Virus record (IMG/VR): IMGVR_UViG_3300028654_000001
Coordinates: 186,001-250,000 of that record
DNA length: 64,000 nt
Strand: one strand, 5' to 3'
The notes below the pieces were generated by a model. The model did not search any database and had not been told where the DNA came from. It saw only the letters and a program-made list of their open reading frames with translations. Both the position numbers and the translations under genes were made by a program. Of this stretch, positions 46,843 to 56,775 are shown piece by piece (within the stretch, counting starts at the first letter, position 1; the number at the start of each line of letters is the position of its first letter).

Positions 46843-47756
46843 GTGTGTCCCTTACCGGAGGGTTTGCTCCAGGCTGCACCCTTCTTGAATCGAACTAGCA
46901 ATCTTGGATGAACCTCCTTTAGCTGAGCTTTATCCTCATCCGAGCCACGCCAACCAAGGAGTAGATTCAGAGGGCATCCAATAGAAACCCAACGATCCAA
47001 AGCTAGGATTATTTCGTTGATCCCTTCTGCCTTATCTAGAGTCAGTTTTCCGATCTCACCGAGGAATAGGATGAATTCTTCTATGAGTTGGTTGTCCTTG
47101 GCTAGACTGAGAATGAACAACAGTAGATCCATCCGCTCGTTACTCTGGACGTCCCCCTTCACACCTGTCTTCAACTTAAAGCTAGTCGGGTCACTCAAAG
47201 TACCCTCAACCCATCGACCGAGTGCCTCAATATTCTCTTCTATTGAGGGTATTGACTGTCGCTCCTGAGCCTCAAATCTAATCTCCACGAGGGCCGTGTA
47301 AAATTCAGTCAGACGCGAGGATTTCCTTCCAACAAGGTCTTTGAGGTATGAGGTCAGTACTAGCTCTCTATGAGCCACTAGGCACCAAAGGAGGTCCCAT
47401 CCAAATGGGTTCATACTAGGATGCGGAGGTCGGAAAGACAAGGTGTTTCTCACACGAAACTTTGATGGAACTCGCATCTGACGGATACTGTTCAGCAGAT
47501 GTCCGACCGGATCTCCAGAACCCTGTAATCCAGGATCCCTTAGTAAGGTCTCACTCGGCAAACCTAGTTCTAAAGCCTCTACAGTTAGACTCGCGTTAGC
47601 ACCAGGGATCACCCTAAAGGTTTCCCTTGAGGTAGACTGAAGGTTGGTACCCCATTCAATCAAGCGATCTATTGTGTAAGATGGGTTTTTCAAGTACTTA
47701 GCCCGTTCCGGCTTTATCCGGATATCATCCCAGTACTCTTCGACTGAATGGGTCAT
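46839..47756 (-). CDS. hypothetical protein with N-terminal VEEYWD motif
   Basis: 305-aa ORF in a coupled operon. Confidence 0.75.
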   Translation of the reverse strand: MTHSVEEYWDDIRIKPERAKYLKNPSYTIDRLIEWGTNLQSTSRETFRVIPGANASLTVEALELGLPSETLLRDPGLQGSGDPVGHLLNSIRQMRVPSKFRVRNTLSFRPPHPSMNPFGWDLLWCLVAHRELVLTSYLKDLVGRKSSRLTEFYTALVEIRFEAQERQSIPSIEENIEALGRWVEGTLSDPTSFKLKTGVKGDVQSNERMDLLLFILSLAKDNQLIEEFILFLGEIGKLTLDKAEGINEIILALDRWVSIGCPLNLLLGWRGSDEDKAQLKEVHPRLLVRFKKGAAWSKPSGKGHT

Positions 47757-48361
47757 ATCGTGAATAACTCTCTCAATCGAAAACTAATGGGGCCGTCGTT
47801 CCTGTGTCTATCAAGCTGGAATGAGATGATTAACTTTCCATCTGAGTCTCTCTCTAAAACATAATCATGGTCTAGGTCGCTGTCTCGATACAGAGCCTCA
47901 AGAGTCAACAACGCTTGCAGACCTGTCCCTCTACTTCCGTTACTTTCGATCAGCCGTGCAAGGATCCTATCAATAATTGACCTAGGTAGAGCTCGAAGGA
48001 ACTCCTTCACCTCAACAGCTGGCATCGAAGGAACCTCAAGAAATAGCTGAATCAGTACACTCGAGTCCTTCTTCCGTTGTTCCACCATCAAAGTCTTCAG
48101 TAACTCGCGGGAGAACTCGGTCAGGATCTGCGTGAGATAGTAGACGAAGTTACCCCTTGAGTTGGGGTCTGGGGCTAGGTGATCAAGTGCCTGGTTGCAC
48201 TTGGTGTACATAGTACTCGGAAACTTAACCACCATCTCTGCGATGGCATCACTGATCACTGACTCTGGTCCGCTATCCTCCTCTATGGGTTTGACTTGGA
48301 TTCGTTCAAGTCGAATAGCATCCCAAAACTCTTCTATCTCCTCTATGTTTTGAACCGGCAT
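47753..48361 (-). CDS. hypothetical protein with N-terminal IEEFWD motif
   Basis: 202-aa ORF in a coupled operon. Confidence 0.75.
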   Translation of the reverse strand: MPVQNIEEIEEFWDAIRLERIQVKPIEEDSGPESVISDAIAEMVVKFPSTMYTKCNQALDHLAPDPNSRGNFVYYLTQILTEFSRELLKTLMVEQRKKDSSVLIQLFLEVPSMPAVEVKEFLRALPRSIIDRILARLIESNGSRGTGLQALLTLEALYRDSDLDHDYVLERDSDGKLIISFQLDRHRNDGPISFRLRELFTI

Positions 48362-48362
48362 C

Positions 48363-48818
48363 TCAAGTTAGCCCCTTACTCAACCATTCAGGGAGTGGGT
48401 CTTGAGATGAGTAACCGATCGCCACCCACCTATTCGGTTCTGGTATGGAAAATATATGGTTCACTCGAGTTTCTGGCAAGTGAAGTGACTCAAGTAACTT
48501 TCTGGCAATGATACTGGACTTCTTTCGGCTATCCAGATTAGGTAGCTTCTTCACACATCCTGTGAAGTTCTTAGCCATCAGATGAACTCTCTCAATTACT
48601 GCTTTACGTAGATCTTTAGGTACGATCACATGTACTCGATTACAAGAACCGTTATCAGCTACACGTGAGATAGCTAGGATGAGGGTTGCATCAATACTCT
48701 CTGGATCATTCTCCTTCGAGGATACACCATGGGTTTTTGGATTCTGATACAGAGACGTCTGTAACTCTGTTACAACAGGGCCTACAAACAGCTGGTGCAA
48801 CTTCAGTGGTGTCATCAT
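48363..48818 (-). CDS. hypothetical protein
   Basis: First gene of the operon; GGTGTA 14 nt upstream. Confidence 0.7.
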   Translation of the reverse strand: MMTPLKLHQLFVGPVVTELQTSLYQNPKTHGVSSKENDPESIDATLILAISRVADNGSCNRVHVIVPKDLRKAVIERVHLMAKNFTGCVKKLPNLDSRKKSSIIARKLLESLHLPETRVNHIFSIPEPNRWVAIGYSSQDPLPEWLSKGLT

Positions 48819-48865
48819 GCTCCCAAAGGGGATACACCAGAGACCGTCTAAGGCATCGACTTGTG

Positions 48866-49114
48866 CTAATTTTTTGGCAAACTTCTAACTGGGAAGACCG
48901 TTAGTGCCGGCAAGTCTTTTGATTCAACCCATTCTTCAAAGGCTCGATATAATGCAGTAAACGCGATTGGAGAGGCTCGTTCTAGGGTCAACCGAATCCT
49001 GAGAACTTGAAGATCTTCAGTTGGTATCCAATTGCGACGAACTACTTGCTCAGCAAAGTCCCCAATTAGGTCAGTTCGATATCGTTGAACCGATAGCCAA
49101 GAGAGGAAGTTCAA
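48866..49114 (-). CDS. YozE SAM-like protein
   Basis: FLSWL..RTDLIGDFA..P...AF.EW. Confidence 0.65.
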   Translation of the reverse strand: MNFLSWLSVQRYRTDLIGDFAEQVVRRNWIPTEDLQVLRIRLTLERASPIAFTALYRAFEEWVESKDLPALTVFPVRSLPKN

Positions 49115-49821
49115 GCCTCGCCCCTTTTCGGCTCGGTTAGAGAAAAGATTCGTTCTCTATGAAGTTGGAAGATAGGCTTCACAGGGTCCTTCTTCGCCCC
49201 TTCATGATCTATCCAACGTAACCACTTTGCCTCATCTGATCTGAAACTAGTAGCACACCACTTAGCTAGAAGCTCAGCTGACCCGAAAGTTGTGGAAACT
49301 GGACGACCCTCAGGGGGTTCGAACTCCCAAAGCTGCCAAGCATCTCCAGACGGAGGTTCAATTGGTTGCCATTCTTCGTATAGGTTGATCCCTCTGTAGA
49401 GGCGCTGAACAGCTGGGTTCTGATTGGGGATTGTTTGAGTTCCTGCGCAGAGATCACACAAACCCCATACACCTCTTCGTCGAGCTCGGATCTCAATGAG
49501 GTAGGACCTAATCAATGGGGAGTCAGCTGACCAATTTCTATTCTGAAGTTTGGTAACTTCAGTCAAGTCCATTCCACTTTGCTTAGCTGCTACGAGTTCT
49601 AGTTTTGTAAGTCGACTAGCCCATTTCTTGAATGTGAAGTACAGTTTAGTACACTCTTCGTTCAGCCCAGTACCGTGACAGAGGGGACATGGAATTGGAC
49701 CAGGCCACGGGTTGATGTACCCGTTCCAAACCTGACCTATAGGCCAATCGAATTCAAATGGAACTCGTTTTATGAACCATCGCTGACTCACAACTGGCTT
49801 CAAATATAAGGGCTTTTTCAA
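49111..49821 (-). CDS. hypothetical protein with DnaJ-type CxxCxG zinc motifs
   Basis: CPLCHGTG, CDLCAGT; EPPSG..WQLWE..EG.P.S. Confidence 0.75.
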   Translation of the reverse strand: MKKPLYLKPVVSQRWFIKRVPFEFDWPIGQVWNGYINPWPGPIPCPLCHGTGLNEECTKLYFTFKKWASRLTKLELVAAKQSGMDLTEVTKLQNRNWSADSPLIRSYLIEIRARRRGVWGLCDLCAGTQTIPNQNPAVQRLYRGINLYEEWQPIEPPSGDAWQLWEFEPPEGRPVSTTFGSAELLAKWCATSFRSDEAKWLRWIDHEGAKKDPVKPIFQLHRERIFSLTEPKRGEA

Positions 49822-49852
49822 TGAATACTGATCTCGGTGTAGTTAGCAGTAC

Positions 49853-50032
49853 GTGAGAACCTTCTCAAATTATACCAACCCTATAATTGTAGCCAAGTGT
49901 AACCTTAGGTACTACCTAATCTGTCGCTTAGGGTTCCGGCCTGTGTCTATGAGAATACAGGGTGTAAGTTTTGTTAGCAGCCTAATTGAGCAAGAGGCTG
50001 AATCGGTGATCTTTAATAAGTTCTATCAGTAG
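49853..50032 (+). CDS. small hypothetical protein (59 aa, below cutoff)
   Basis: GTG 11 nt after GGTGTA 49836-49841; frame is open to TAG 50030-50032. Confidence 0.4.
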   Translation: MRTFSNYTNPIIVAKCNLRYYLICRLGFRPVSMRIQGVSFVSSLIEQEAESVIFNKFYQ

Positions 50033-50302
50033 CAATTACTAACTGAATATGATGACTTCCCACTGGTGGCTTGTTAGATCTATCTATAATTAGGCTTGGT
50101 GCTCTAGTGAGTTAGGTTGACCAAAGGTCAGGGGGCCTAATTACTTTTTGATTGACTGCAGCTATTATGTGACTATCGTGCAGGACTATTTCAAGGAGGG
50201 CTGAACATATCCAGATAACTGCTCCGAATCCCTTTATTCTATGGAACTAACCAGTGTGGCTCTCACCGAGATGGGGGGCTACCTGAAAAAGGAGTCAATG
50301 CC

Positions 50303-51100
50303 TTGGAACAGGTAATTGCTTGGATCGTATCACTCATCACCTCTGTGGCCCCAGTGGGTCGAAAACAATTCATCCCTGAAGCTACAGAAAGCACCGAAGA
50401 AACCGAAGCCCGCTACTATTCGATTGCCTCCGATGCAATGAGTGTGGCTTATGATCCACAAGAAAAACCGCTGTTTTCAGGCAGTCACGGTAGGGCCCGT
50501 ACAATTACGGTTCTGCTAGCGACAGACCTGTATGAGAGCTCATTCAGGAAAGATGTAGACTTCGGTCTCGGAAAGCTTTCCAAGGGCGACGGTGGTAAGT
50601 CATGGTGCTTGAATCAAATTAACCTTGGCAAAGCTGATGCAGAAGGGAACACTCCGTACAGAATCATCGTCACTGTTGGGGGTGGGTACAAGTTCACAAC
50701 AAAACCTGACGAAGGTTGGAGTGGAACTGACTTAGTACAAGATCGTAAAAAGTGTTTCTACGCAGCTCTAGCTATCATCAGGTCCTCGTTTGCTGCTACC
50801 TCCAGTTTACCACTTGAGGATAGATTGAAGGTTTACGCAAGTGGCAGTCTTGACAAGGGTGAGGAAGCTAGCCGTCGTAGAATGGGTTTAGCTATGAGGT
50901 GGATGACGGTAAAAGCACCAAACTTCCGTGATGCTGATGTGCTTCAGTGGGTTGAGTCACAGCAAGATCAAGATAACCAGCCAAGTGGTATCGACATGAA
51001 CTTGCCAGTAGCGGAGATCACAAGGCACCCTATGCTCGTAGCCACTGGCGTGTACATGGCAGTCCCTCGGTTACCATCATTTGGCGGTACGGCTCTGTAG
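50303..51100 (+). CDS. lysozyme/lytic transglycosylase-like protein
   Basis: YESSFR.DV..GDGGKSWCL.QI (catalytic Glu, GxxQ-like); AAGGAG SD. Confidence 0.55.
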   Translation: MEQVIAWIVSLITSVAPVGRKQFIPEATESTEETEARYYSIASDAMSVAYDPQEKPLFSGSHGRARTITVLLATDLYESSFRKDVDFGLGKLSKGDGGKSWCLNQINLGKADAEGNTPYRIIVTVGGGYKFTTKPDEGWSGTDLVQDRKKCFYAALAIIRSSFAATSSLPLEDRLKVYASGSLDKGEEASRRRMGLAMRWMTVKAPNFRDADVLQWVESQQDQDNQPSGIDMNLPVAEITRHPMLVATGVYMAVPRLPSFGGTAL

Positions 51101-51102
51101 TA

Positions 51103-51654
51103 GTGATTCCTTTTATCTGCAAGTCCGATAGGAGAACTTCAATGGCTATGCCGAGTCAGGAACTGTCAGAACTAAAGTCTAGAGTACTCGTTGCAGTACG
51201 AACTGGAACCAACATTGCTCGAGTATCGGACTACCTCATCAGTCTCATTCGAGAAGCTGGATCCTCCTTACCAGAGCGGCCAAAGAGCGATACTGACACT
51301 GAGTACTTGTACTCAGTAATCATTGCAATCGAGTCGAAGAGGAAGAATCAAGAGTTATCACAGGTTCAGGTGACAGAAGATCCTGAGCCAACCATTGTAG
51401 AAGATGTAGCTCCTGTCATCCCAGAACCTATCAAGGCGACAGAATCTGAAGATGTTACTGTCACTCCAGAACCTATCGAACTGGAAGAGACTCCTGTTGC
51501 CTCAGAGATCACAACAGTAGAAGAACTGGACTCAGCAGAAGTTAATCCAACTGACAACAAAGAAGCGGTGGAGTTAGCTCCAGAACACTCCGAAAGTACC
51601 CACAAGACCAAGGGTGGGAAACAACCTAAGAAGAATAAGAAGCAACTCTCTTAG
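51103..51654 (+). CDS. hypothetical protein with acidic low-complexity region and basic tail
   Basis: AGGAG precedes the likely start near 51142. Confidence 0.7.
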   Translation: MIPFICKSDRRTSMAMPSQELSELKSRVLVAVRTGTNIARVSDYLISLIREAGSSLPERPKSDTDTEYLYSVIIAIESKRKNQELSQVQVTEDPEPTIVEDVAPVIPEPIKATESEDVTVTPEPIELEETPVASEITTVEELDSAEVNPTDNKEAVELAPEHSESTHKTKGGKQPKKNKKQLS

Positions 51655-52373
51655 GCTACTGTCTCAGCCCCATTCGAATCATCTTCAATGTTGAATGGGG
51701 CTTGGATCACATCATCAAGACTCTGATCCATTGTGAGTGCTACCAAGTTTGAGATCCGAGTCTTCTGATCATCGGTTAGTTCTGGAGGAGTCGTATAGTC
51801 CACATTCAATTGCGAAATGGTGTGGAACACCGATGTTAGGGTCTTAGTATAGGCCAACTCATCGGCCGTATAGTATCCTTGGGAACGCAGTAGGTGAGAG
51901 AACTGAGCTGGATCACCAGTAAGCACCGCTGGCCATGACCTAGCAAACCGCTTGTTGAGTAACCCTATGTAGTCGACAGCCCCATCAACTAGAGTGTTGA
52001 AGGCCCTAAATCGACATCCTGGGTGCTTTGGGTAGAACCAGATGATGGACGTCCCATCACCACGATCCTGAGTCACCCTGGCAGTAGCAGGGGCCGCAGT
52101 GGCCATTGCATGAGCTGTGGCTGTCTTCAGAATCTCGTTGCAGGCAAAGTAGCAATAGTCGTGGCCATCCCCCTCGACCGACTTCACATTTCCGAAATTA
52201 AAATTCCACATTGCCTTACACCAGCCAGTTTCCAAAGCAACCTGGCTAGCTAACACCCAAACGGACTCTTTTTTTGGGACTTCTCCAAACAAGTGAATCC
52301 AAGCCTCGTACAGAGCTCGAATAAACAGTTCTTTGCTGACAGGAGTCTTCTCGGCAATGAGTTCGGAGGGCAT
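51651..52373 (-). CDS. glucosaminidase/FlgJ-like (GH73) peptidoglycan hydrolase
   Basis: QVALETGW, N.NFG.VK, FRAF, GYYTA..Y. Confidence 0.75.
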   Translation of the reverse strand: MPSELIAEKTPVSKELFIRALYEAWIHLFGEVPKKESVWVLASQVALETGWCKAMWNFNFGNVKSVEGDGHDYCYFACNEILKTATAHAMATAAPATARVTQDRGDGTSIIWFYPKHPGCRFRAFNTLVDGAVDYIGLLNKRFARSWPAVLTGDPAQFSHLLRSQGYYTADELAYTKTLTSVFHTISQLNVDYTTPPELTDDQKTRISNLVALTMDQSLDDVIQAPFNIEDDSNGAETVA

Positions 52374-52430
52374 ACCCAAGAGCGGGTATAGATAGACTAC
52401 CTATCGGTTTGACATAAGAGAGGCCCTCTT

Positions 52431-52934
52431 ATGTCAAATTCAAGTGACACCTTCGTTACACTAGTCAAAAAGTACGTTGGCTGCTCGCTTCACGTACGGA
52501 AGGACGACCTTGCAACTTTAGTATGTCGAGGGGTGGATGACCCGGATTAATCGGTTCTCATCAAGACGAACTGTGGTATGTTCGCCTTAGGAGTCATGCA
52601 TGAAGCTGGGGTTGTTCATGACTTACTAGGCCAAAAGTACAAGTCAGGAATGGCCATCTCCTGGGTACGAACCATCGGCAAAGACTTGAAGGCTCTCAAC
52701 AAGTATGTCAGTGGTACAGCCCTCAAGGCTGGGTGTCTGATGCACTACTACACACCCGGGAAAAATGACAACCACGTTGAGTGGCTCCTCTCGGACATGG
52801 ATGACCAGGGTTGTGCTGAGCATGGAGGTGGTGGTAGGACCGACAACGCTATCACCACCGGAGAAGGTGACGTACTCGTCAACTACGGGAGGGCTCTTCA
52901 GGAGTGGTTAGATCCGGACATGCTACTCCCGTAG
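52431..52934 (+). pseudogene. NlpC/P60/CHAP-like amidase gene with an in-frame TAA at 52548-52550
   Basis: ATG 52431 is in frame with 52578..52934; ..KYVG..D*SVLIKTNCGMF..NHVEW..GGG. Confidence 0.55.
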
Positions 52935-53121
52935 CCTCAACTCTAGCTCGGGCCTCCCTCATCCTTGGTAGCAGGTAGTCTTCAACATAAGTTGCTACGA
53001 AGTTCACAAGCAACAGCCCGGAGACCCAAAGCTCTTGCCCTTTACTGTTGACGATCTGGACCTCTCCAGACAAGTCAGAGTTGTAGTTGATGTGACCATC
53101 TGGATGCTCGAAGTGATGCAC
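52879..53121 (-). CDS. hypothetical protein
   Basis: INYNSDLSGEVQI pattern; last gene of the minus-strand NAD operon. Confidence 0.65.
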   Translation of the reverse strand: MHHFEHPDGHINYNSDLSGEVQIVNSKGQELWVSGLLLVNFVATYVEDYLLPRMREARARVEATGVACPDLTTPEEPSRS

Positions 53122-53138
53122 TTTTAGAACCCCTCAAG

Positions 53139-54278
53139 TTAGGAAGCGGTCTTGTACCGCTTCCCCTCTCGGATATCGGTTGAGCTGATATCAAAGTCAC
53201 ATTGAAGTCTATGACACCTGAGGTTTGGTGGACAGGGAAAGTCCATCAAGGTCTTCATAACCCCGTCCAATCGACGGTCAGCTATAGTCAGACCTGTACA
53301 AGTTTCTGTGAAGATCTTGGCCTGCTCCTCGATAGTGATCCCCCATCGTTTAGCATCAAAAAGAGTTTCTAAGCTATCGGCACCCAAGAGGATCTCTATT
53401 CCAGGGAGATGTTTTGCCTTGTCCACATAGTAAGGGGCGCCCCAAGTTATGTAGACATTCCTACCCTGCAGCATCTTGGCTCGCTTGAGGATGTCCCAAG
53501 GCTTGAGAGGATTCTTGTGCGGGGGCTCGGCTTCCAGGGTGAAGGCAACAGGGCCTCCTACCTGGTCAATGTACCCGTCAGCCAGACCAAAGTGCCCAAA
53601 GTGTGGTGGGTTGAAAGATCCCGGAAGCAAGGCCCCGCGCCTCCGATACTCATCCTTGGGAAACTCCAGGAGTCTCTTGCCTGTACTCGAGAAGTAAGGT
53701 CGGCGACGAAGTCGTTCTTCAGACAGGACTTCAGCCCTACCATTGCGGAACTCTTCGATGCACCCCTCAGGTAGGTCTAGGCCAGTGATGAAAGTATTGG
53801 TGGCATCCTTGATGGAACTGATCAGGAGAGCGTTACAGATCTGACCGTCCAGGTGCCTTCTTTCGGCTCCAACTCCCTTAACCAGCTTGACATAGGTCAA
53901 GGTAGCTTTGTACTCTTGGAAGGTTGCCACGAAGATTCGGTGGTCTCCCTTATGGGCTGTAGTGCTCGCTGTGACCGCACAGACTCCGATCCCAATAGCT
54001 GGGGCCCCTTCATATTGGTACGCTCTGTAGAAGGCATCCATAGCGAAGTCCATGGCCGTCCCTTCGTTGGCATAACCGTCTGGAGAGAACCCAAGAAAGT
54101 TGTCAATGTCCTCCTTGGCATACGGCATATGACAACCAACTAGTACATCTGAGACCCCCGGTACATCCCAAATGTGACCAAAAGTCCCGGCACCCGCCAT
54201 ACCGGCAATGCAGAGCCGTACTTTCTTGGTTGGAAGGAAGTCTACTGAATCAAGTGATTGTAGTTGGGGTAGTGGCAT
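53139..54278 (-). CDS. CinA-like N-domain fused to a nucleotidyl (NMN adenylyl)transferase
   Basis: PGSFNPPHFGH (HxGH), LGAD, DISSTDIR; N-terminal GAG..VPG.S..PY. Confidence 0.75.
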   Translation of the reverse strand: MPLPQLQSLDSVDFLPTKKVRLCIAGMAGAGTFGHIWDVPGVSDVLVGCHMPYAKEDIDNFLGFSPDGYANEGTAMDFAMDAFYRAYQYEGAPAIGIGVCAVTASTTAHKGDHRIFVATFQEYKATLTYVKLVKGVGAERRHLDGQICNALLISSIKDATNTFITGLDLPEGCIEEFRNGRAEVLSEERLRRRPYFSSTGKRLLEFPKDEYRRRGALLPGSFNPPHFGHFGLADGYIDQVGGPVAFTLEAEPPHKNPLKPWDILKRAKMLQGRNVYITWGAPYYVDKAKHLPGIEILLGADSLETLFDAKRWGITIEEQAKIFTETCTGLTIADRRLDGVMKTLMDFPCPPNLRCHRLQCDFDISSTDIREGKRYKTAS

Positions 54279-54282
54279 ACTT

Positions 54283-55326
54283 TCAGCTTCCTGCTGCTAC
54301 GAGTTTAGGTTCAGCATTCTTCCTCAAAAGACTGCAAAAAGAACCTGGTACCTCAAATGGCCTGAAGGTAGGCTTCCCGACGAGGCTCTTGAGCAGGTTG
54401 TCAAAAGCCTCGTGAACATCATCTGCCTTGGAGGGCCTCATTCTTCTCTCTGGGTTCAGACAGATCTTGAGTAGGTTTTGGATCTCTCGGGGTACCGCAT
54501 CAGGCATCTCGTTGGTTTTAACGTCTCCGCCGAGAATAGCAACCATACACTTGACGGCCATATAGATGTCGGTCGCTTCCGAAGCTTCCTTTTTTTCTGG
54601 TACCTCAGGCGGGTAGTAGTCAGCATACCTAGTGATGAGTACGCGAATTCTGGTCATACCAGAGTAGATTGAATCAGCGGGATCAGGCTCGCCAACGGGT
54701 CTACTCCCATGAGGAGTGTCCTCTAGTGCCCGCTCTCTAGTAGAGGCCGAGTAGCACCAATCGATGAGCTTGGCGCCGTGGTTCTGACCAAACAACAGGA
54801 TGTGAGGGGGGAGAACTGCCCCATGCAGGAAACCATTCTTGTGCGCCCACCATAGGCCAACCAGGGTTCTCTTGAACATCCAAGCCATGTCCCGATAGTC
54901 AATCCCTTTTGGGTAGGCTCTAAGAACATCATCAATGGTGAAGTAGTCGGGTATCAATGAAAGGATGTTCCCCCTCTGTCCCCGAGAGTCAAACCCTCCG
55001 TAGCTAGTTGGATAGTAGAGGTTGAACTTGGACCAATCCGGATCCGTTGATGTTAGTCCATTCAGGACTTGGCTCTCCCTGATCAATAAATCGTTGTTAC
55101 TTGGATCCGAGCAGATCCTAACGATGACCGGAACCTCAACCACATCATCATCGTCATCCTCTAGAATGTGATCAAAGCGAGTCCGAGGCCCTGCGTGCTT
55201 GACAGGAGTTTTTGGAGCTGGGTTCTCATCCTTGTAAGTCCCCTGGTAAAGGTTGCAGAGATCACCCTCCATCAACCGAGCCCCAAACGTCACGCTCTTC
55301 TTGTCACCAAGAGCTAGCGTCGGCAT
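54283..55326 (-). CDS. atypical Ser/Thr kinase-like protein with an inserted TRFDH tag
   Basis: N.DL..RE, AWMFKR.L..L..AH..G.LHGAVLPPHIL, LIDWCYS, YPPE, DIYM. Confidence 0.8.
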   Translation of the reverse strand: MPTLALGDKKSVTFGARLMEGDLCNLYQGTYKDENPAPKTPVKHAGPRTRFDHILEDDDDDVVEVPVIVRICSDPSNNDLLIRESQVLNGLTSTDPDWSKFNLYYPTSYGGFDSRGQRGNILSLIPDYFTIDDVLRAYPKGIDYRDMAWMFKRTLVGLWWAHKNGFLHGAVLPPHILLFGQNHGAKLIDWCYSASTRERALEDTPHGSRPVGEPDPADSIYSGMTRIRVLITRYADYYPPEVPEKKEASEATDIYMAVKCMVAILGGDVKTNEMPDAVPREIQNLLKICLNPERRMRPSKADDVHEAFDNLLKSLVGKPTFRPFEVPGSFCSLLRKNAEPKLVAAGS

Positions 55327-56693
55327 GTTAGTTCTTTGTCATCAGCGGTTGACCCATACGAGAAAATAGTGACAGGAGCTCTCATAGTTTTAGTTATTCC
55401 AGATATTAGACGATCTGTATTCTTAAGGGTAGTGAAAACTGGCTCAGCATAGATATCTAAGAAGTGAGAGTAGGGGATCCCATCCTTATCGAAGTACTTT
55501 TTGAGGTATTGGTAGGCTTCCCAAGTATTTGCGTCGAGGAGTATCTTGTAGAAAGGCTTGGTCGAACAGTCGTACCGTAAGCAGACTTTTTGTGGGCCGT
55601 GGATGTGGTCGAGGTGATTGAGGGCTATCTCATCCAACCCACCAAGAACTTCGCGGGCGTATCTGGCCATAACGAAGTCGTAGTAACCTACCCGGAAGGC
55701 ACCTTGCCACTCTCCTTGAGTGTTATGCTCTACTAATCTGGCATCTGGGTCCTCCGATGGGAAGGGTCCAGTCCCGTGCCGCGTAAGATAGGTTCGAGTA
55801 ACCCACATCCTGGTCACCTTTCCAGAGAACCCCTTGAGTAGTTCTAGGGCGTTGTGGAAAGTGCAGTTGCTCCAAGTAGAGTGAGGGTGGAACCCGTACT
55901 CCTCGTCCAGAAGTACTCCTTGAGCCCCCTCGAATAGGGTGACCCCTGATTCGAGAGCCTTGGTTAGGTAGTCTTGGTTGACTACCCTGACCCCTGCCTT
56001 GTCGATTAGGTGGTAGTAGTTCTCCATGAAGTACTCGACCAAAGTTCTGTCCCTGAGCATGTCATATTCGAACATGAGCCTTCGAGTCATATCCACGGAT
56101 AACTCAACGGGTAGGTCGTCCAAAAGGGGGGTCGTCTCCTCCAACTTTCTCTGACGAATAACTTCAAGTTTGTCCTTGATGACTGATGGCTTTCGGAAGT
56201 CCCTCATCCGAATAGCACCCTCCGGATCTTGTATTGAGTCTGAGACAGTTTCCCCAATACCCATGCCACATGACCCGTGGCGCCCAAACCCAACACTCTT
56301 ACAGGTAAAGAGAGCCTCTCGGTGCAGCTCTCGAAGGCGGTTAGTCGCCATGTGGAAAGGAGTGGTGACTAGGGCCATCTCATCAATGGCCAACCTTTGG
56401 TAGGCGTCGGTCACCCCAAGAGTTTCAAGGTGCTCCTCTTCGTATTGGAGAAGAAGCGGGTTCACCACCATGTAACGGCTAAGGTAAGTCTCCGCGCCGG
56501 CAAGAGTACCCGAACTAAACTGGGAAAAACAATGAGTTTTACCGTCTCTTAGGACTACATGATGGGCAGCTTGAGCACCACCATTAAAACGAACTACAGT
56601 GTGAGACCCCTCCCTACGAGTAAGGTAGTCTACTACACTACCCTTCCCTTCGTCCCCAAACCCCAATCCAACAACGATCCATACCTTAGCCAT
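55314..56693 (-). CDS. purA: adenylosuccinate synthetase-like protein
   Basis: GLGFGDEGKG, RFNGGAQAAH, HGSCGMGIG, FEGAQG.LLD, TRHGTGPFP, FRVG. Confidence 0.85.
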   Translation of the reverse strand: MAKVWIVVGLGFGDEGKGSVVDYLTRREGSHTVVRFNGGAQAAHHVVLRDGKTHCFSQFSSGTLAGAETYLSRYMVVNPLLLQYEEEHLETLGVTDAYQRLAIDEMALVTTPFHMATNRLRELHREALFTCKSVGFGRHGSCGMGIGETVSDSIQDPEGAIRMRDFRKPSVIKDKLEVIRQRKLEETTPLLDDLPVELSVDMTRRLMFEYDMLRDRTLVEYFMENYYHLIDKAGVRVVNQDYLTKALESGVTLFEGAQGVLLDEEYGFHPHSTWSNCTFHNALELLKGFSGKVTRMWVTRTYLTRHGTGPFPSEDPDARLVEHNTQGEWQGAFRVGYYDFVMARYAREVLGGLDEIALNHLDHIHGPQKVCLRYDCSTKPFYKILLDANTWEAYQYLKKYFDKDGIPYSHFLDIYAEPVFTTLKNTDRLISGITKTMRAPVTIFSYGSTADDKELTCRR

Positions 56694-56726
56694 GGAATTT
56701 CACCGAAGTGCTTCAAATAAATGAGC

Positions 56727-56761
56727 AGTAGTTCGATATAAAGAGAAATACCGAACTACTG
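56727..56761. terminator. intergenic hairpin between the vWA and purA-like genes
   Basis: cagtagttcg...cgaactactg inverted repeat. Confidence 0.5.
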
Positions 56762-56775
56762 TTATGTTATGCAAA

